DNA of 64,000 nt from an uncultured Lachnospiraceae bacterium (GCA_964653575.1 CAZZFP010000001.1:36600-100599), one strand, 5' to 3'; shown: positions 17,480-26,452, numbered from the stretch's first letter. Notes: generated by a model from the sequence alone, not told the origin. Program-made: numbers and translations.

Positions 17480-18388
17480 TCACGATTCAACGCCGCTATC
17501 CTCGGCGAAGTATACGGTTATCGAAAGCACGTAATTTTTATAATCGTAGGTGATCCTTCCGTTCATTCTGTCTGTCAGCAGCTTTGCGATCGACAGACCA
17601 AGCCCCGTGGATCTGCGCGCGGTATTAACGGTATAGAATCGGTCGAAGAGCTTTCCGACGTCAACCGACGAAAGCTCGCGCGCCGTGTTTGAGAACGTGA
17701 TCTCTCCCGCATCGCTCATTGTTACCGCAAAATCCCCGTCGCTGTACTTAACTGCATTACTGACGATGTTTCCGAAAATACGTGAAAGAGTAGATCTATC
17801 AAGAGTGCGAAAGATCACGCTATCGGGTAAAGAGATGCTCGGTGTGATGTTTTTCTGTTCAAAGGCTCCGTAAAAAGAGATGAGCGTATCCTCAAGCACT
17901 CTACCCAAATTGACCTTTTCGTAGCTCAGATCGGATACCGACGAGACAACCGAGTATCTGAACAATTCCTCGGTAAGTGCTTTGAGCACTTCGGTGCGGT
18001 TTGAAATCTGCTCTACGTACCGTTTTGTGTTATCCGTCATTTCCTCGGCATCAAGCAATTCAAGATAGCCGCAGATAGCCGTCAGAGGTGTGCGCAGATC
18101 GTGGGAGATATTCGTGACGGCTTCCTTAAGCTCCCTATCTCCGTTTATGTACTGCCTACGCTGACGGCGAAGCTCGGTAAGCTGCCTTGAGATCTCGCTT
18201 GCAAGGTGCCGCACGTGCCTGTCACTTGGAGAAACCGTAATAAGCTGGTTTGTGTCAGAGGAAAGATGCTCCGAAAGACAAGAGCATATCTCGTCCATAC
18301 TCTTTTGCATAACTCTTATTTTGATCAAAAGTATAAAAAGTATCACGGCAAGTATGCCGCAAAATATCCAGGGGAGCATCCCTCTCAC
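17480..18388 (-). CDS. sensor histidine kinase (single N-terminal TM helix, no extracytoplasmic domain)
   Basis: H-box ISHDLRTPLTAICGYLELL. The HATPase N, G1 and G2 regions include RSTGLGLSIAK. Confidence 0.85.
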   Translation of the reverse strand: MRGMLPWIFCGILAVILFILLIKIRVMQKSMDEICSCLSEHLSSDTNQLITVSPSDRHVRHLASEISRQLTELRRQRRQYINGDRELKEAVTNISHDLRTPLTAICGYLELLDAEEMTDNTKRYVEQISNRTEVLKALTEELFRYSVVSSVSDLSYEKVNLGRVLEDTLISFYGAFEQKNITPSISLPDSVIFRTLDRSTLSRIFGNIVSNAVKYSDGDFAVTMSDAGEITFSNTARELSSVDVGKLFDRFYTVNTARRSTGLGLSIAKLLTDRMNGRITYDYKNYVLSITVYFAEDSGVES

Positions 18389-18389
18389 C

Positions 18390-19319
18390 TCACTTCAATT
18401 CTTTTTTACGGAAGCAGAAGTATCCGAGTGCGCCGACTGCCGCCAGCACTGCTATTGTATAGATACTGTTGATTGCGGTATTGCGTATATCGTCCTCGGT
18501 AGGCATATCCGAAGACAGATGATACCTCCATTCATCGCTGTATTCGCTGAAATAACCGTACCCAAACCAACTGTACGCCATAGAATAGTATTCACAGATA
18601 TGGCAATACGGCGACAGATGCTCAACCGCGATAAGCACCTGCCGAGGCGCCCCGCCAACATAATAGGGGTTCTCGACCAGACGCCTTGAATCGGGAATGG
18701 CATCGAAAGAAATATATACATTCCCATCATCATCTGTGATTTCGACCTTCTCATAGTCATATTCCACATTATATTCCGGTTGGCGCAGCAAATTGATAAG
18801 TTGATTTGAGAAAAACGCCACAGCCACCACCAGGATCACACTGACCACCAAGGCTATAAATCTATTGTTAATAAGGCAGGCAACAACTGTCACCATTGCC
18901 GCAAAAAACATATTTACGAGCAACACATCGACAAACATCCAAACAAGGATGCTCGTCGGAAGAACACCGAAGGTATAGCTGTTAAACGCGGTAAAAATGA
19001 CGGCGTAGACCAAAAACATAGTGATCGCCGCGCCCTCGGCAAGTACCAGCTCGGAGAGGAACACCTCGCCCTTTGTATGTCCCACAATGATCTTATTGCG
19101 GAAGCTGCCCTCTGCGTGTTCTCTGCCGATAAGCCACGAGATGACCACGGCAAAGACAACAAATTCGATCATAATATAAAAGTCATCAAGATACCACATA
19201 TATGTGTTATATGAGCAAATAAGCGCAACTGTCGCCGTGGCAAGGATGCCGAGCCAAAAGATGACGCTGTGAAGATATCTGCGCACACCGGCGTGAAGTA
19301 ATTTAGTCATTGCCCTCAC
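18390..19319 (-). CDS. ABC-2-type transporter permease
   Basis: Polytopic membrane protein. It is translationally coupled to the upstream ATPase by a 17-nt overlap. Confidence 0.65.
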   Translation of the reverse strand: MRAMTKLLHAGVRRYLHSVIFWLGILATATVALICSYNTYMWYLDDFYIMIEFVVFAVVISWLIGREHAEGSFRNKIIVGHTKGEVFLSELVLAEGAAITMFLVYAVIFTAFNSYTFGVLPTSILVWMFVDVLLVNMFFAAMVTVVACLINNRFIALVVSVILVVAVAFFSNQLINLLRQPEYNVEYDYEKVEITDDDGNVYISFDAIPDSRRLVENPYYVGGAPRQVLIAVEHLSPYCHICEYYSMAYSWFGYGYFSEYSDEWRYHLSSDMPTEDDIRNTAINSIYTIAVLAAVGALGYFCFRKKELK

Positions 19320-20217
19320 CTCCGATCAAGTTGATGTAATATGTCTCAAGATCCTCATCCTGCTCGTGTGAGCTTATGAGAGTACAGCCCTCCTCGGCAA
19401 GTCCCATAACGAGCTCGGACAGAACTATGCTTCCGTAAATGTTGGCTTGAGTATCCGAAACCACCTCATATTCCTTTTCCATTCTGTCAAGCACGCGCAC
19501 AAGGGCCTTTATGTCACTGACCTCAACGCGAACGCATTTGCGGCAAGCCGCCTCAAGCTCCGCGGCACTGATCTCTTTTACTATATGTCCTTTTTCTATA
19601 AAGCCGTAGTGTGTAGCGAGCTTGGAAAGCTCTCCGAGAATATGGCTTGAGATCAACACGGTGATTCCGCGCTCGTGATTGAGCTTCAAGATCAGCTCTC
19701 TTATCTCGACGATACCCTGCGGGTCAAGTCCGTTGATGGGCTCATCAAGAACGATGAAGTCGGGGTTTCCGAGCAAAGCTACCGCGATGCCGAGTCTTTG
19801 CTTCATACCGAGCGAAAAATGACGGACTCTCTTTTTGCCCGCATCGCTAAGTCCCACGAGCTTCAAAAGCTCGGGAATGCTGTCATAGTTTGGCAAGCCG
19901 AGAATAAGCGCCTGCTGTTTTAGGTTGTTCTCTGCGCTCATATCAAGGTAGATCGACGGCGTTTCAACTACCGCGCCCACTCTGTGACGAGCTGTTGAAA
20001 TTTTCCTATCATTGTTTGATATGCCGTAAAGTGTATATTCGCCTCCCGTCGGCTCTTGCAAGCCGCAAATTACGCGAATAAGTGTTGTCTTACCTGCGCC
20101 GTTTCTTCCCACAAAGCCGTATATAGCTCCTTTGGGGATGTGAATGTTTAAGTCCTTCAACGCTTCAAATTTACGATAAGTCTTTGACAGCGCCGAGGTC
20201 GTAAGTACGTATTCCAT
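19303..20217 (-). CDS. ABC transporter ATP-binding protein
   Basis: Walker A GRNGAGKTT, signature FSLGMKQR, Walker B FIVLDEP. Confidence 0.9.
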   Translation of the reverse strand: MEYVLTTSALSKTYRKFEALKDLNIHIPKGAIYGFVGRNGAGKTTLIRVICGLQEPTGGEYTLYGISNNDRKISTARHRVGAVVETPSIYLDMSAENNLKQQALILGLPNYDSIPELLKLVGLSDAGKKRVRHFSLGMKQRLGIAVALLGNPDFIVLDEPINGLDPQGIVEIRELILKLNHERGITVLISSHILGELSKLATHYGFIEKGHIVKEISAAELEAACRKCVRVEVSDIKALVRVLDRMEKEYEVVSDTQANIYGSIVLSELVMGLAEEGCTLISSHEQDEDLETYYINLIGGEGND

Positions 20218-20311
20218 TTTGAATTTTAACCTCCCGAAAATTTTGATGCTGCCATTGTAATATAATACCGTAAAGATAACGGTAAAGAAAACAGTTAAGA
20301 TTTAGTAAAGT

Positions 20312-20971
20312 TCATTTGCAAAGTCTAAAGCCGATACCCCAAACCGCTTCGATGTAGTCCTTGCCCGAAGCATCACGGAGCTTTTTGCGGAGATTACTGA
20401 CGTGGATCTTCAGAGAGCTTTCCGTACAATCGGGAGTATCAAGACTGATATGGTCAAGCAGTTGCGATTTTGACACTGCTTGCGTGCTGTTGAGCATCAA
20501 GCATTTCAGTATGGCATATTCCGTTCTCGTCAGCTTCAGCTCCGCATCACCTACCGTCACGGCATAGTTCGACGTGTTCAAGGTGATCGTGTCGTAATGC
20601 AACAGCGTGGTCTGAAGATTTGTATTGCGCAGAGCCACCGCTATCCTCGCAAGAAGCTCTTTGGTATTGAATGGCTTTGTTATGTAATCCACCGCCCCGC
20701 CAAGCAACAGATCGACCTTATTATCCACGTCGATCTTGGCGCTTACGACGATTACGGGAATATTCTTTATCTTTGGCAAGAGCTCCTCACCCGACAGTCC
20801 CGGGAGCATAAGATCGAGCAATACAAGGTCGGGAGTTTTCTGCGAAAGCAGCATCAGAGCTTCCGTTCCCGAATAGGCGCGAAGTGTGCCATATCCCTCT
20901 TTTCCAAGTACTTCTTCGAGCATATTACCGATGTGTATATCGTCATCAATTATTGCGATCACTTTATTCAT
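20312..20971 (-). CDS. OmpR-family response regulator
   Basis: The receiver domain has DD..., LVLLDLMLPG and SAK motifs. The C-terminus is a winged helix (LTRTEYAILK...IEAVWGIGFRL). Confidence 0.9.
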   Translation of the reverse strand: MNKVIAIIDDDIHIGNMLEEVLGKEGYGTLRAYSGTEALMLLSQKTPDLVLLDLMLPGLSGEELLPKIKNIPVIVVSAKIDVDNKVDLLLGGAVDYITKPFNTKELLARIAVALRNTNLQTTLLHYDTITLNTSNYAVTVGDAELKLTRTEYAILKCLMLNSTQAVSKSQLLDHISLDTPDCTESSLKIHVSNLRKKLRDASGKDYIEAVWGIGFRLCK

Positions 20972-20977
20972 ATCGGT

Positions 20978-21190
20978 CTACACCTCTTTTTCAAAGATCA
21001 GATCAAGCTGTTGGATGTGACCCGTCCCGCGTTGCTTGGTGGGAATATAACCGACATAACGCCATCCATCTGCCGCGCGTTTACTTATGACGGCACGGTA
21101 ATCCTCTATCTCGTATATATTTCCCGAGCCAAATCCCCAACCGCAAATGTCACAATTTACGGTCTCGTATTCGTATTTATACATAATCAT
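20978..21190 (-). CDS. DUF4177-like small protein
   Basis: MIMYKYEYETV...ISKRAADGWRYVGYIP...LIFEKE fits the DUF4177 pattern. GGAAGGA RBS precedes the Met at 21190. The longer 113-aa version is probably an upstream over-extension. Confidence 0.5.
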   Translation of the reverse strand: MIMYKYEYETVNCDICGWGFGSGNIYEIEDYRAVISKRAADGWRYVGYIPTKQRGTGHIQQLDLIFEKEV

Positions 21191-21361
21191 TCTAATTCCT
21201 TCCCAAATAAGGTCCTTTATCCATACTCTTATTATATCATACCGCAAAGCTTTTTTCAACAGCCATTTTTCACTGTCACGGTACAGAAAAAAGTTACCGC
21301 AAAAGTCCTTTGACCGCACGGCAGCTTTTATTCGTTTGGATTTGAAATTTGATTTACGGTA

Positions 21362-22159
21362 TCACTTTGAAAGTATGGTCTTATCGTCGGTAAATGCGTT
21401 TCCGCTTGCTTTTTCGAAAAGTCCGAGCAACTGCTCGATAGTCAGATTCCGCTTTTCCTCGCCCGAAATATCTACAACAACGTGCCCCTCATCCATCATA
21501 ATGAGGCGGTTTCCGTATGCTATGGCATCGTGCATATTGTGTGTGATCATAAGTGTGGTAAGCGAATTTTCTTTGACCAATTTATCCGTGATCTCAAGAA
21601 CCTTTGCGGCGGTCTTGGGGTCAAGTGCCGCGGTGTGCTCGTCAAGCAAGAGTATCTTGGGCTTTTTAAGAGTCGCCATAAGAAGCGTAACAGCTTGGCG
21701 CTGACCGCCCGAGAGCAAGCCGACCTTGGTGGAAAGTCTGTCCTCAAGTCCGAGGTCAAGCTCCGCAAGAAGCTTTCTGTAACTTTCACGATCCTTTTTT
21801 GTGCATCCCTTTATAAGCTTGCGCTTGGTGCCTCTACGTGCGGCGATCGAAAGATTTTCGGCGATCTCCATATCTGGTGCCGTGCCCTTCATAGGATCCT
21901 GAAAGACTCTGCCGAGAAACTTTGCTCTCTTATGCTCCGGCATATTCGTAACATCGACGCCATCGATCTCTATCGTTCCGTAGTCGGGCTTCCATACTCC
22001 CGCGATAGCGTTAAGAAGTGTACTTTTCCCCGCTCCGTTTCCGCCTATTACCGTAACGAAATCTCCCTCGGCGATATGAAGATCGAATCCGCTGAGAGCA
22101 AGCTTTGAGTTTACGGTCCCGGGATTAAATGTCTTTTGAAGATCGGTTATATTAAGCAT
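21362..22159 (-). CDS. ABC importer ATP-binding protein (COG2984-associated system)
   Basis: Walker A GGNGAGKST, signature LSGGQRQ, Walker B LLLDEHTAALD. GGGAGG RBS lies 8 nt before the ATG at 22159. Confidence 0.9.
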   Translation of the reverse strand: MLNITDLQKTFNPGTVNSKLALSGFDLHIAEGDFVTVIGGNGAGKSTLLNAIAGVWKPDYGTIEIDGVDVTNMPEHKRAKFLGRVFQDPMKGTAPDMEIAENLSIAARRGTKRKLIKGCTKKDRESYRKLLAELDLGLEDRLSTKVGLLSGGQRQAVTLLMATLKKPKILLLDEHTAALDPKTAAKVLEITDKLVKENSLTTLMITHNMHDAIAYGNRLIMMDEGHVVVDISGEEKRNLTIEQLLGLFEKASGNAFTDDKTILSK

Positions 22160-23087
22160 TTTTGTTACCTCCCGAAGAGTTCGTAGAAGACGGCGCAAGC
22201 TCCTTGATAGATCTGTGCTTTGTAAAATACTCCTGTCTCAAATACGGAACCGCAAGGAAGATTATAACTATCAGCGAGGACAACATCTTCAGATAATCGG
22301 TCTTAAGCCCCAGCAATATGACAAAGTTATATATGATGTAGTATACGACCCCGCCGCAAATAACGCCGATAAGGCTGACGACGAAATTCGGCTTTATTTT
22401 GAGCGACACGGAAAGTCCGATAAATATCGCCGCAAGACCTATAACTATTGCGCCTCTTCCGTCGTTGATGTTCGCGGAACCCTTATACTGAGCGAGCAAA
22501 GCTCCCGCAAAAGCCACGATGCCGTTAGATATGGCAAGTCCGAGCACTTTGTTGAATTTTACGTCAACACCCTGTGCACGACTCATATCCGGATTATCAC
22601 CCGTAGACTTCAGTGTAAGTCCTATCTCGGTATAGAAGAAGAGCCAAAGAACCACTATCACAAATATTATTATGATCCCCATTGAAATTATGGCGCCGAT
22701 GTTATCACTCATATGAAGCAAAAGATCGTTCTTTCTCGGATCGATAGCCATAAGGGATTTACCCCCGAGTATCGTCAGGTTAACGGAATAAAGTATAAGC
22801 TGAGTCAATATTCCCGCCAGGATCGAAGGGATACCGAGTGCCGTATGAAGGACACCCGTAAGAGTCCCCGCCAATGCCCCGGCAAGGAATGCCACGATAA
22901 CGCTGAGCCACACCGGAGCACCGCCGCCTATCATAACAGCGCACACGCATCCGCCCGTGCATATCGAACCGTCAACGGTCATATCGGCGATATCAAGTAT
23001 TTTGTAGGATATATATATACCGATCGCCATAAGTCCCCATATAAGACCTTCTGCTATCGCGCCCGGTAAAGAATTCAAAAAAGCCAT
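22152..23087 (-). CDS. ABC importer permease
   Basis: Polytopic membrane protein. It overlaps the ATPase start by 8 nt. Confidence 0.8.
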   Translation of the reverse strand: MAFLNSLPGAIAEGLIWGLMAIGIYISYKILDIADMTVDGSICTGGCVCAVMIGGGAPVWLSVIVAFLAGALAGTLTGVLHTALGIPSILAGILTQLILYSVNLTILGGKSLMAIDPRKNDLLLHMSDNIGAIISMGIIIIFVIVVLWLFFYTEIGLTLKSTGDNPDMSRAQGVDVKFNKVLGLAISNGIVAFAGALLAQYKGSANINDGRGAIVIGLAAIFIGLSVSLKIKPNFVVSLIGVICGGVVYYIIYNFVILLGLKTDYLKMLSSLIVIIFLAVPYLRQEYFTKHRSIKELAPSSTNSSGGNKNA

Positions 23088-23132
23088 ATTTCCAAACTAC
23101 CTTTATAATATTTAGTAACGCTTCGGTACGCT

Positions 23133-24062
23133 TTAATCCTGCGGTATCGTTATACCGAGCTCCTCGCAAAGCTCTTTATTATATGTGACCGTGGGTGTGA
23201 GCGTCTTGATCTCGATGTCGGATACGGATCTTGTTCCGAGAAGTATCTCAGCCGCCATCTTACCCGTTTCTCTGCCAAGCTCATAATAATCGATAGCAAG
23301 GCTTGCAAAGCAGATGGATCCGCCGTAGCTTGTGTAAACCGGAATCTTTTTGTCGTTGCAGATAGTACCGACTACTGAATCATTATCTGCAACAGTGTTG
23401 TCCGACGGAACATAGATCGCCTTGCAATCGTTTGCGGCGGAAGTGACCACGGTCTGAAGCTCTGTTGTATCCGAGAATGTATACGCCTTAACTACGATTC
23501 CCTCAGCCTCAAAATACGTCTTGACTGCGTTGTATTGAATAAGCGAATTGGACTCATTTGAGCAATAGATAACGCCGACTTGATCTCCCGCGGTAAGTCC
23601 GAGAAGATCTATCATCATTTTCGCTTGATCGGCAAAAGGAACGGCATCCGACGTACCGGAAACGTTGGAAGGAATGCTTCCGGAGAATGTATCGGAATAG
23701 TCGGTAACGGATGTACCGAGCACGGGAATGGATGTCGTGGCGTTAGCCGCGGCAAGCAAAGACGGAGTTGCGTTACCCATAATAAGGTCAACCTTTTTTG
23801 CAGTGAAGGCGTTGACGACCGTGGCGCAAAGATTGGATTCGCCCGCCACCTGAACGTCGATATTAACGGTCTTACCCGCCTTTTCGAGCTCTTCTTTGAG
23901 CGCATCAATAAAGCCCTCGGTCGCTTGGTCAAGAGACTCGTGTGCCATAAGCTGACAAACGCCTACGGTGAAATCATATTCTTTTTTCTCGCAGGAAGCG
24001 AGGGAAAGGCACGTGCCTATACAAAGCACCGCGATAAGCATAATAGAAAGGATCTTTTTCAT
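23133..24062 (-). CDS. ABC importer substrate-binding lipoprotein (PF04392/COG2984 type)
   Basis: MKKILSIMLIAVLCIGTCLSLASC is a lipoprotein signal. An AGGAGA RBS is present. The listed N-terminal extension to 24167 runs through the T-box terminator and is not coding. Confidence 0.8.
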   Translation of the reverse strand: MKKILSIMLIAVLCIGTCLSLASCEKKEYDFTVGVCQLMAHESLDQATEGFIDALKEELEKAGKTVNIDVQVAGESNLCATVVNAFTAKKVDLIMGNATPSLLAAANATTSIPVLGTSVTDYSDTFSGSIPSNVSGTSDAVPFADQAKMMIDLLGLTAGDQVGVIYCSNESNSLIQYNAVKTYFEAEGIVVKAYTFSDTTELQTVVTSAANDCKAIYVPSDNTVADNDSVVGTICNDKKIPVYTSYGGSICFASLAIDYYELGRETGKMAAEILLGTRSVSDIEIKTLTPTVTYNKELCEELGITIPQD

Positions 24063-24110
24063 TGTTTTTGTCTCCTTGTTGTATTTTATAATAACGGTGA
24101 AATTACCGTA

Positions 24111-24396
24111 AAAAACAAAAAAGCCTGCTCCGTCTCGAAAAACGAGAAGGATACAGGGACAGCTCACGCCGCGTTACCACTCTGCTTTACCCTTTTTTCA
24201 CAAAAAGAGCCTCATTGGGTGTACCATCATACACCGTCACGATATAACGGTCGCACCCGGTAAGACCTACACAGCAAGAAGCCTTCAGCCCACAGCTAAC
24301 GGAAGGAATTCGCCAAGCTCAACGTTTACCGCATCACACCAAACAGCGGCTCTCTGAAAACGCCGAAAAACGGTTACTTATTTCCGTTCAAACGCC
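24111..24396 (-). promoter_or_regulatory. T-box leader (tRNA-sensing riboswitch)
   Basis: On the minus strand. Stem I base is AACGGAA/UUCCGUU with an AGUA element. The AG bay is AGAGA (24351-24355). The distal loop is UUUGGUGUGAU. The specifier-like sequence is GAA-UUC (24306-24311). The T-box sequence is AGAGUGGUAACGCGG (24169-24183). A terminator hairpin follows, with a U-run at 24111-24122. Confidence 0.75.
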
Positions 24397-24418
24397 TTTA
24401 TTCTTTAACGACGAGGGT

Positions 24419-24447
24419 ATTTTACCACAGAACAGGTAATTTGTCAA
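24419..24447 (-). promoter_or_regulatory. sigma-A-type promoter of the T-box/ABC operon
   Basis: On the minus strand: TTGACA (24447-24442), a 17-nt spacer, then TAAAAT (24424-24419). Confidence 0.6.
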
Positions 24448-24520
24448 GTATTTTTTTGAAGAATTATTTTGCATTTTATTCACTAACCACAAAAAAATGA
24501 TATTTTTTTGCCAATAAGTA

Positions 24521-24550
24521 TTGACAGACAGAGCCGTTTTATGGTATAAT
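24521..24550 (+). promoter_or_regulatory. strong sigma-A-type promoter with extended -10, pilus operon
   Basis: TTGACA (24521-24526), an 18-nt spacer, then TGgTATAAT (24542-24550). Confidence 0.65.
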
Positions 24551-24556
24551 GGCAAA

Positions 24557-24751
24557 GGGGCGGGAACCCGCCCCTTGCACCCGCCGCGTTTCACGCAGCG
24601 GGTGCCGGTTACCGCAAGCTTCACCGTGAATTTGTATCTGCCGACTGGTGTAGTTGACAGATTCAATATATAAAGCAACGCAAATTTTATGAATATGAGG
24701 CGCAAGGACTCTGTCTTTAATAAACGAAACTATCAAAGGAGATCAAATATC
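24557..24751 (+). promoter_or_regulatory. structured ~195-nt 5' leader of the pilin operon (class unknown)
   Basis: Hairpin 1 is GGGGCGG-GAAC-CCGCCCC (24557-24574). Hairpin 2 is GCACCCGC...GCGGGUGC (24577-24604) with an inner GCG/CGC extension. Further short palindromes are CGGUUACCG and UUCACCGUGAA. Confidence 0.45.
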
Positions 24752-25138
24752 GTGAAGAAAATGAACAAAAAAGGCTTCACCATCGTGGAACTGGTAATTG
24801 TCATAGCCGTTATCGGCATTCTGGCGTCTGTTTTGATTCCCACTTTCAGTGGTGTTGTCGAAAATGCAAAAGCGTCTGCTCGTTTACAGAAAGCAAGAAA
24901 CTCCTACACCGAGTATTTGGTCGCTCACCCCACAGCTGAAATTGACTATATCAAGGTTGTTGAGAATGACAAAGAGTACATTTATGACATTCATAACGAT
25001 TACAAGGTGGTTAATTCCGCCTCGGATGACAAGACCGTTTTGACTGTTGGTACCGGTTTGAAAGATATCTGTGCAGCTGCTAAAGATGGTGATACAGTTT
25101 GCGGCGACTGCGGTTGGCAATTGCCTAACAACGATTAA
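24752..25138 (+). CDS. type IV pilin / pseudopilin (probable major subunit)
   Basis: Class III signal (V/M)KKMNKKG|FTIVELVIVIAVIGILASVLIP, with Glu at +5. There are C-terminal Cys residues (C..AKDGDTVCGDC). An AGGAGA RBS lies 9 nt before the GTG at 24752. An ATG at 24761 is an alternative start. Confidence 0.85.
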   Translation: MKKMNKKGFTIVELVIVIAVIGILASVLIPTFSGVVENAKASARLQKARNSYTEYLVAHPTAEIDYIKVVENDKEYIYDIHNDYKVVNSASDDKTVLTVGTGLKDICAAAKDGDTVCGDCGWQLPNND

Positions 25139-25176
25139 TAGTTCTACATATTCAACCAAATATTGAATAAAATGCA

Positions 25177-25218
25177 GGCACTTTGCACTCCTTGCGGGTG
25201 CGAAGTGCCTTTATATAT
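25177..25218 (+). terminator. stem-loop (partial terminator / attenuator) after the major pilin gene
   Basis: Arms GGCACTTTGCAC (25177-25188) / GTGCGAAGTGCC (25198-25209), 12 bp with one G-U pair, followed by TTTATATATTTG. Confidence 0.5.
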
Positions 25219-25234
25219 TTGCAAAAAACAAGCT

Positions 25235-25675
25235 ATGTACGAAAAAAACATCTCAAAACAGGATCAAAAGAAGCACCGTCGGGGCGGTTTCACGTTGGTA
25301 GAATTGACCATCGTGCTACTGCTGGTGGCGATCCTTTCTACCATGACGGTCAGCTTCTCCACCCTCGTCAGCGGCTATGCAAAAAACAACAGTGCCGAGT
25401 ATGAATTTATGGAGCAGTGTGCCGAACTGAAAGAAGAACTGACCCTGTGGGTGTCTGAGCAAGACGGCAAAGGAGTTACCTTTACCGTTGGGAACGACAG
25501 TCTGAAAGTCGGCGGTGAAACATTCAACTATACAGATACTCAGATTGAAAGCATCGTATACACCGCTAACGGAAATCTGATCAAATGCACCGTCACCGGC
25601 ACAAACGGCGGCGAACAGGCATTTGTGCTGTATCCGCGCTGCGGCAGCGTTCAAGGAGGAACCGGCAATGAATAA
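25235..25675 (+). CDS. minor pilin / pseudopilin
   Basis: Prepilin motif HRRGG|FTLVELTIVLLLVAILSTMTV. The start at 25235 was chosen so that the upstream hairpin stays non-coding. There is no clear SD. Confidence 0.65.
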   Translation: MYEKNISKQDQKKHRRGGFTLVELTIVLLLVAILSTMTVSFSTLVSGYAKNNSAEYEFMEQCAELKEELTLWVSEQDGKGVTFTVGNDSLKVGGETFNYTDTQIESIVYTANGNLIKCTVTGTNGGEQAFVLYPRCGSVQGGTGNE

Positions 25676-26054
25676 GAAGAAAGGCTTTTCACTGATGGAA
25701 GCGGTCATTGCCCTGACGGTCGTCGTAATAGTCAGCTTTGCTGCCTTGTCTCTGGTGCTGTCCTCTGCAACAGCAAAAGTCAATGCGGTCAACAAATCCA
25801 AAGCGCAATATTTTGCCTATGACGCGTTGGAATGCTTTAAGGCTTCCGAAAGTATTTCTGATTTTGAAAGCAATATGCTATTTGCCGCGGACATTGAAAT
25901 AAAGTTGGACGAAAACGGGCAATTCACCTACCTGTCCGAAGAAAACAAATTTACGGCAGAAATTACAGTAATTGACAATACTTTCAAAATTGAAGTGTTG
26001 GATAAAAACAAAAAAGAGATCATTTCCTTTGATTACACCAAGGGAGGTAAATGA
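25668..26054 (+). CDS. minor pilin / pseudopilin
   Basis: MNKKKG|FSLMEAVIALTVVVIVSFAAL. AAGGAGGA RBS. It overlaps the previous gene by 8 nt. Confidence 0.75.
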   Translation: MNKKKGFSLMEAVIALTVVVIVSFAALSLVLSSATAKVNAVNKSKAQYFAYDALECFKASESISDFESNMLFAADIEIKLDENGQFTYLSEENKFTAEITVIDNTFKIEVLDKNKKEIISFDYTKGGK

Positions 26055-26425
26055 TGAAAATACTCAAAAATAAAAAAGGAATGGCACTGGAAAATGCCAT
26101 TTTGTTTATGTTGATCATTTTTACATTCTGTACCTTGCTGACCTCTCTGACCCTCTACGGTCACTATCAGACCGGACTTGAAAAAGTGATGATGACCAAT
26201 CGAGTGGAGCTGGATCAGATCGGCGAAGAATATTTGAACTATTTGAACAACGGAAGCAATGATAATTTTCAATTTGAAAACGCGAACTATGACATCAGTA
26301 CCGAAAATAACACGTTAACGGTTAAAAATAAAAACGACAAGATCATTCTGTATGTGCAAGCGAGCATCGACGGCGGTAACATCACCGTTGAAAAGTGGTG
26401 CTACGGTGAGCCGATACAGGATTGA
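26051..26425 (+). CDS. atypical pseudopilin-like protein
   Basis: MMKILKNKKG|MALENAILFMLIIFTFCTLL has a Gly then a hydrophobic helix, but the Glu is at +4 rather than +5. GGGAGG RBS. Start at 26051 or 26054. Confidence 0.5.
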   Translation: MMKILKNKKGMALENAILFMLIIFTFCTLLTSLTLYGHYQTGLEKVMMTNRVELDQIGEEYLNYLNNGSNDNFQFENANYDISTENNTLTVKNKNDKIILYVQASIDGGNITVEKWCYGEPIQD

Positions 26426-26452
26426 TTACATTTTGCGATACGGAGCGAAAAT

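Noticed and set aside
24063-24167. N-terminal 35-aa extension of the substrate-binding protein ORF
   Set aside because: It runs through the T-box terminator hairpin and U-run. The internal Met at 24062 has an AGGAGA RBS and starts a proper lipoprotein signal peptide.
24551-24620. Calling the pilin leader a c-di-GMP-I (GEMM-I) riboswitch
   Set aside because: GGCAAA plus a following hairpin is suggestive. However, the tetraloop is GAAC rather than GNRA, and the conserved ACGCAAAGCC junction is not present (it reads UUGCACCCGCC). The leader is kept only as an unclassified candidate.
24388-24736. Two small minus-strand ORFs (105 aa and 65 aa) in the intergenic region between the ABC operon and the pilin operon
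   Set aside because: They overlap two divergent consensus promoters and the GC-rich leader hairpins. They have no RBS, and the Arg/Cys/Gly-rich translation is typical of reading through structured RNA.
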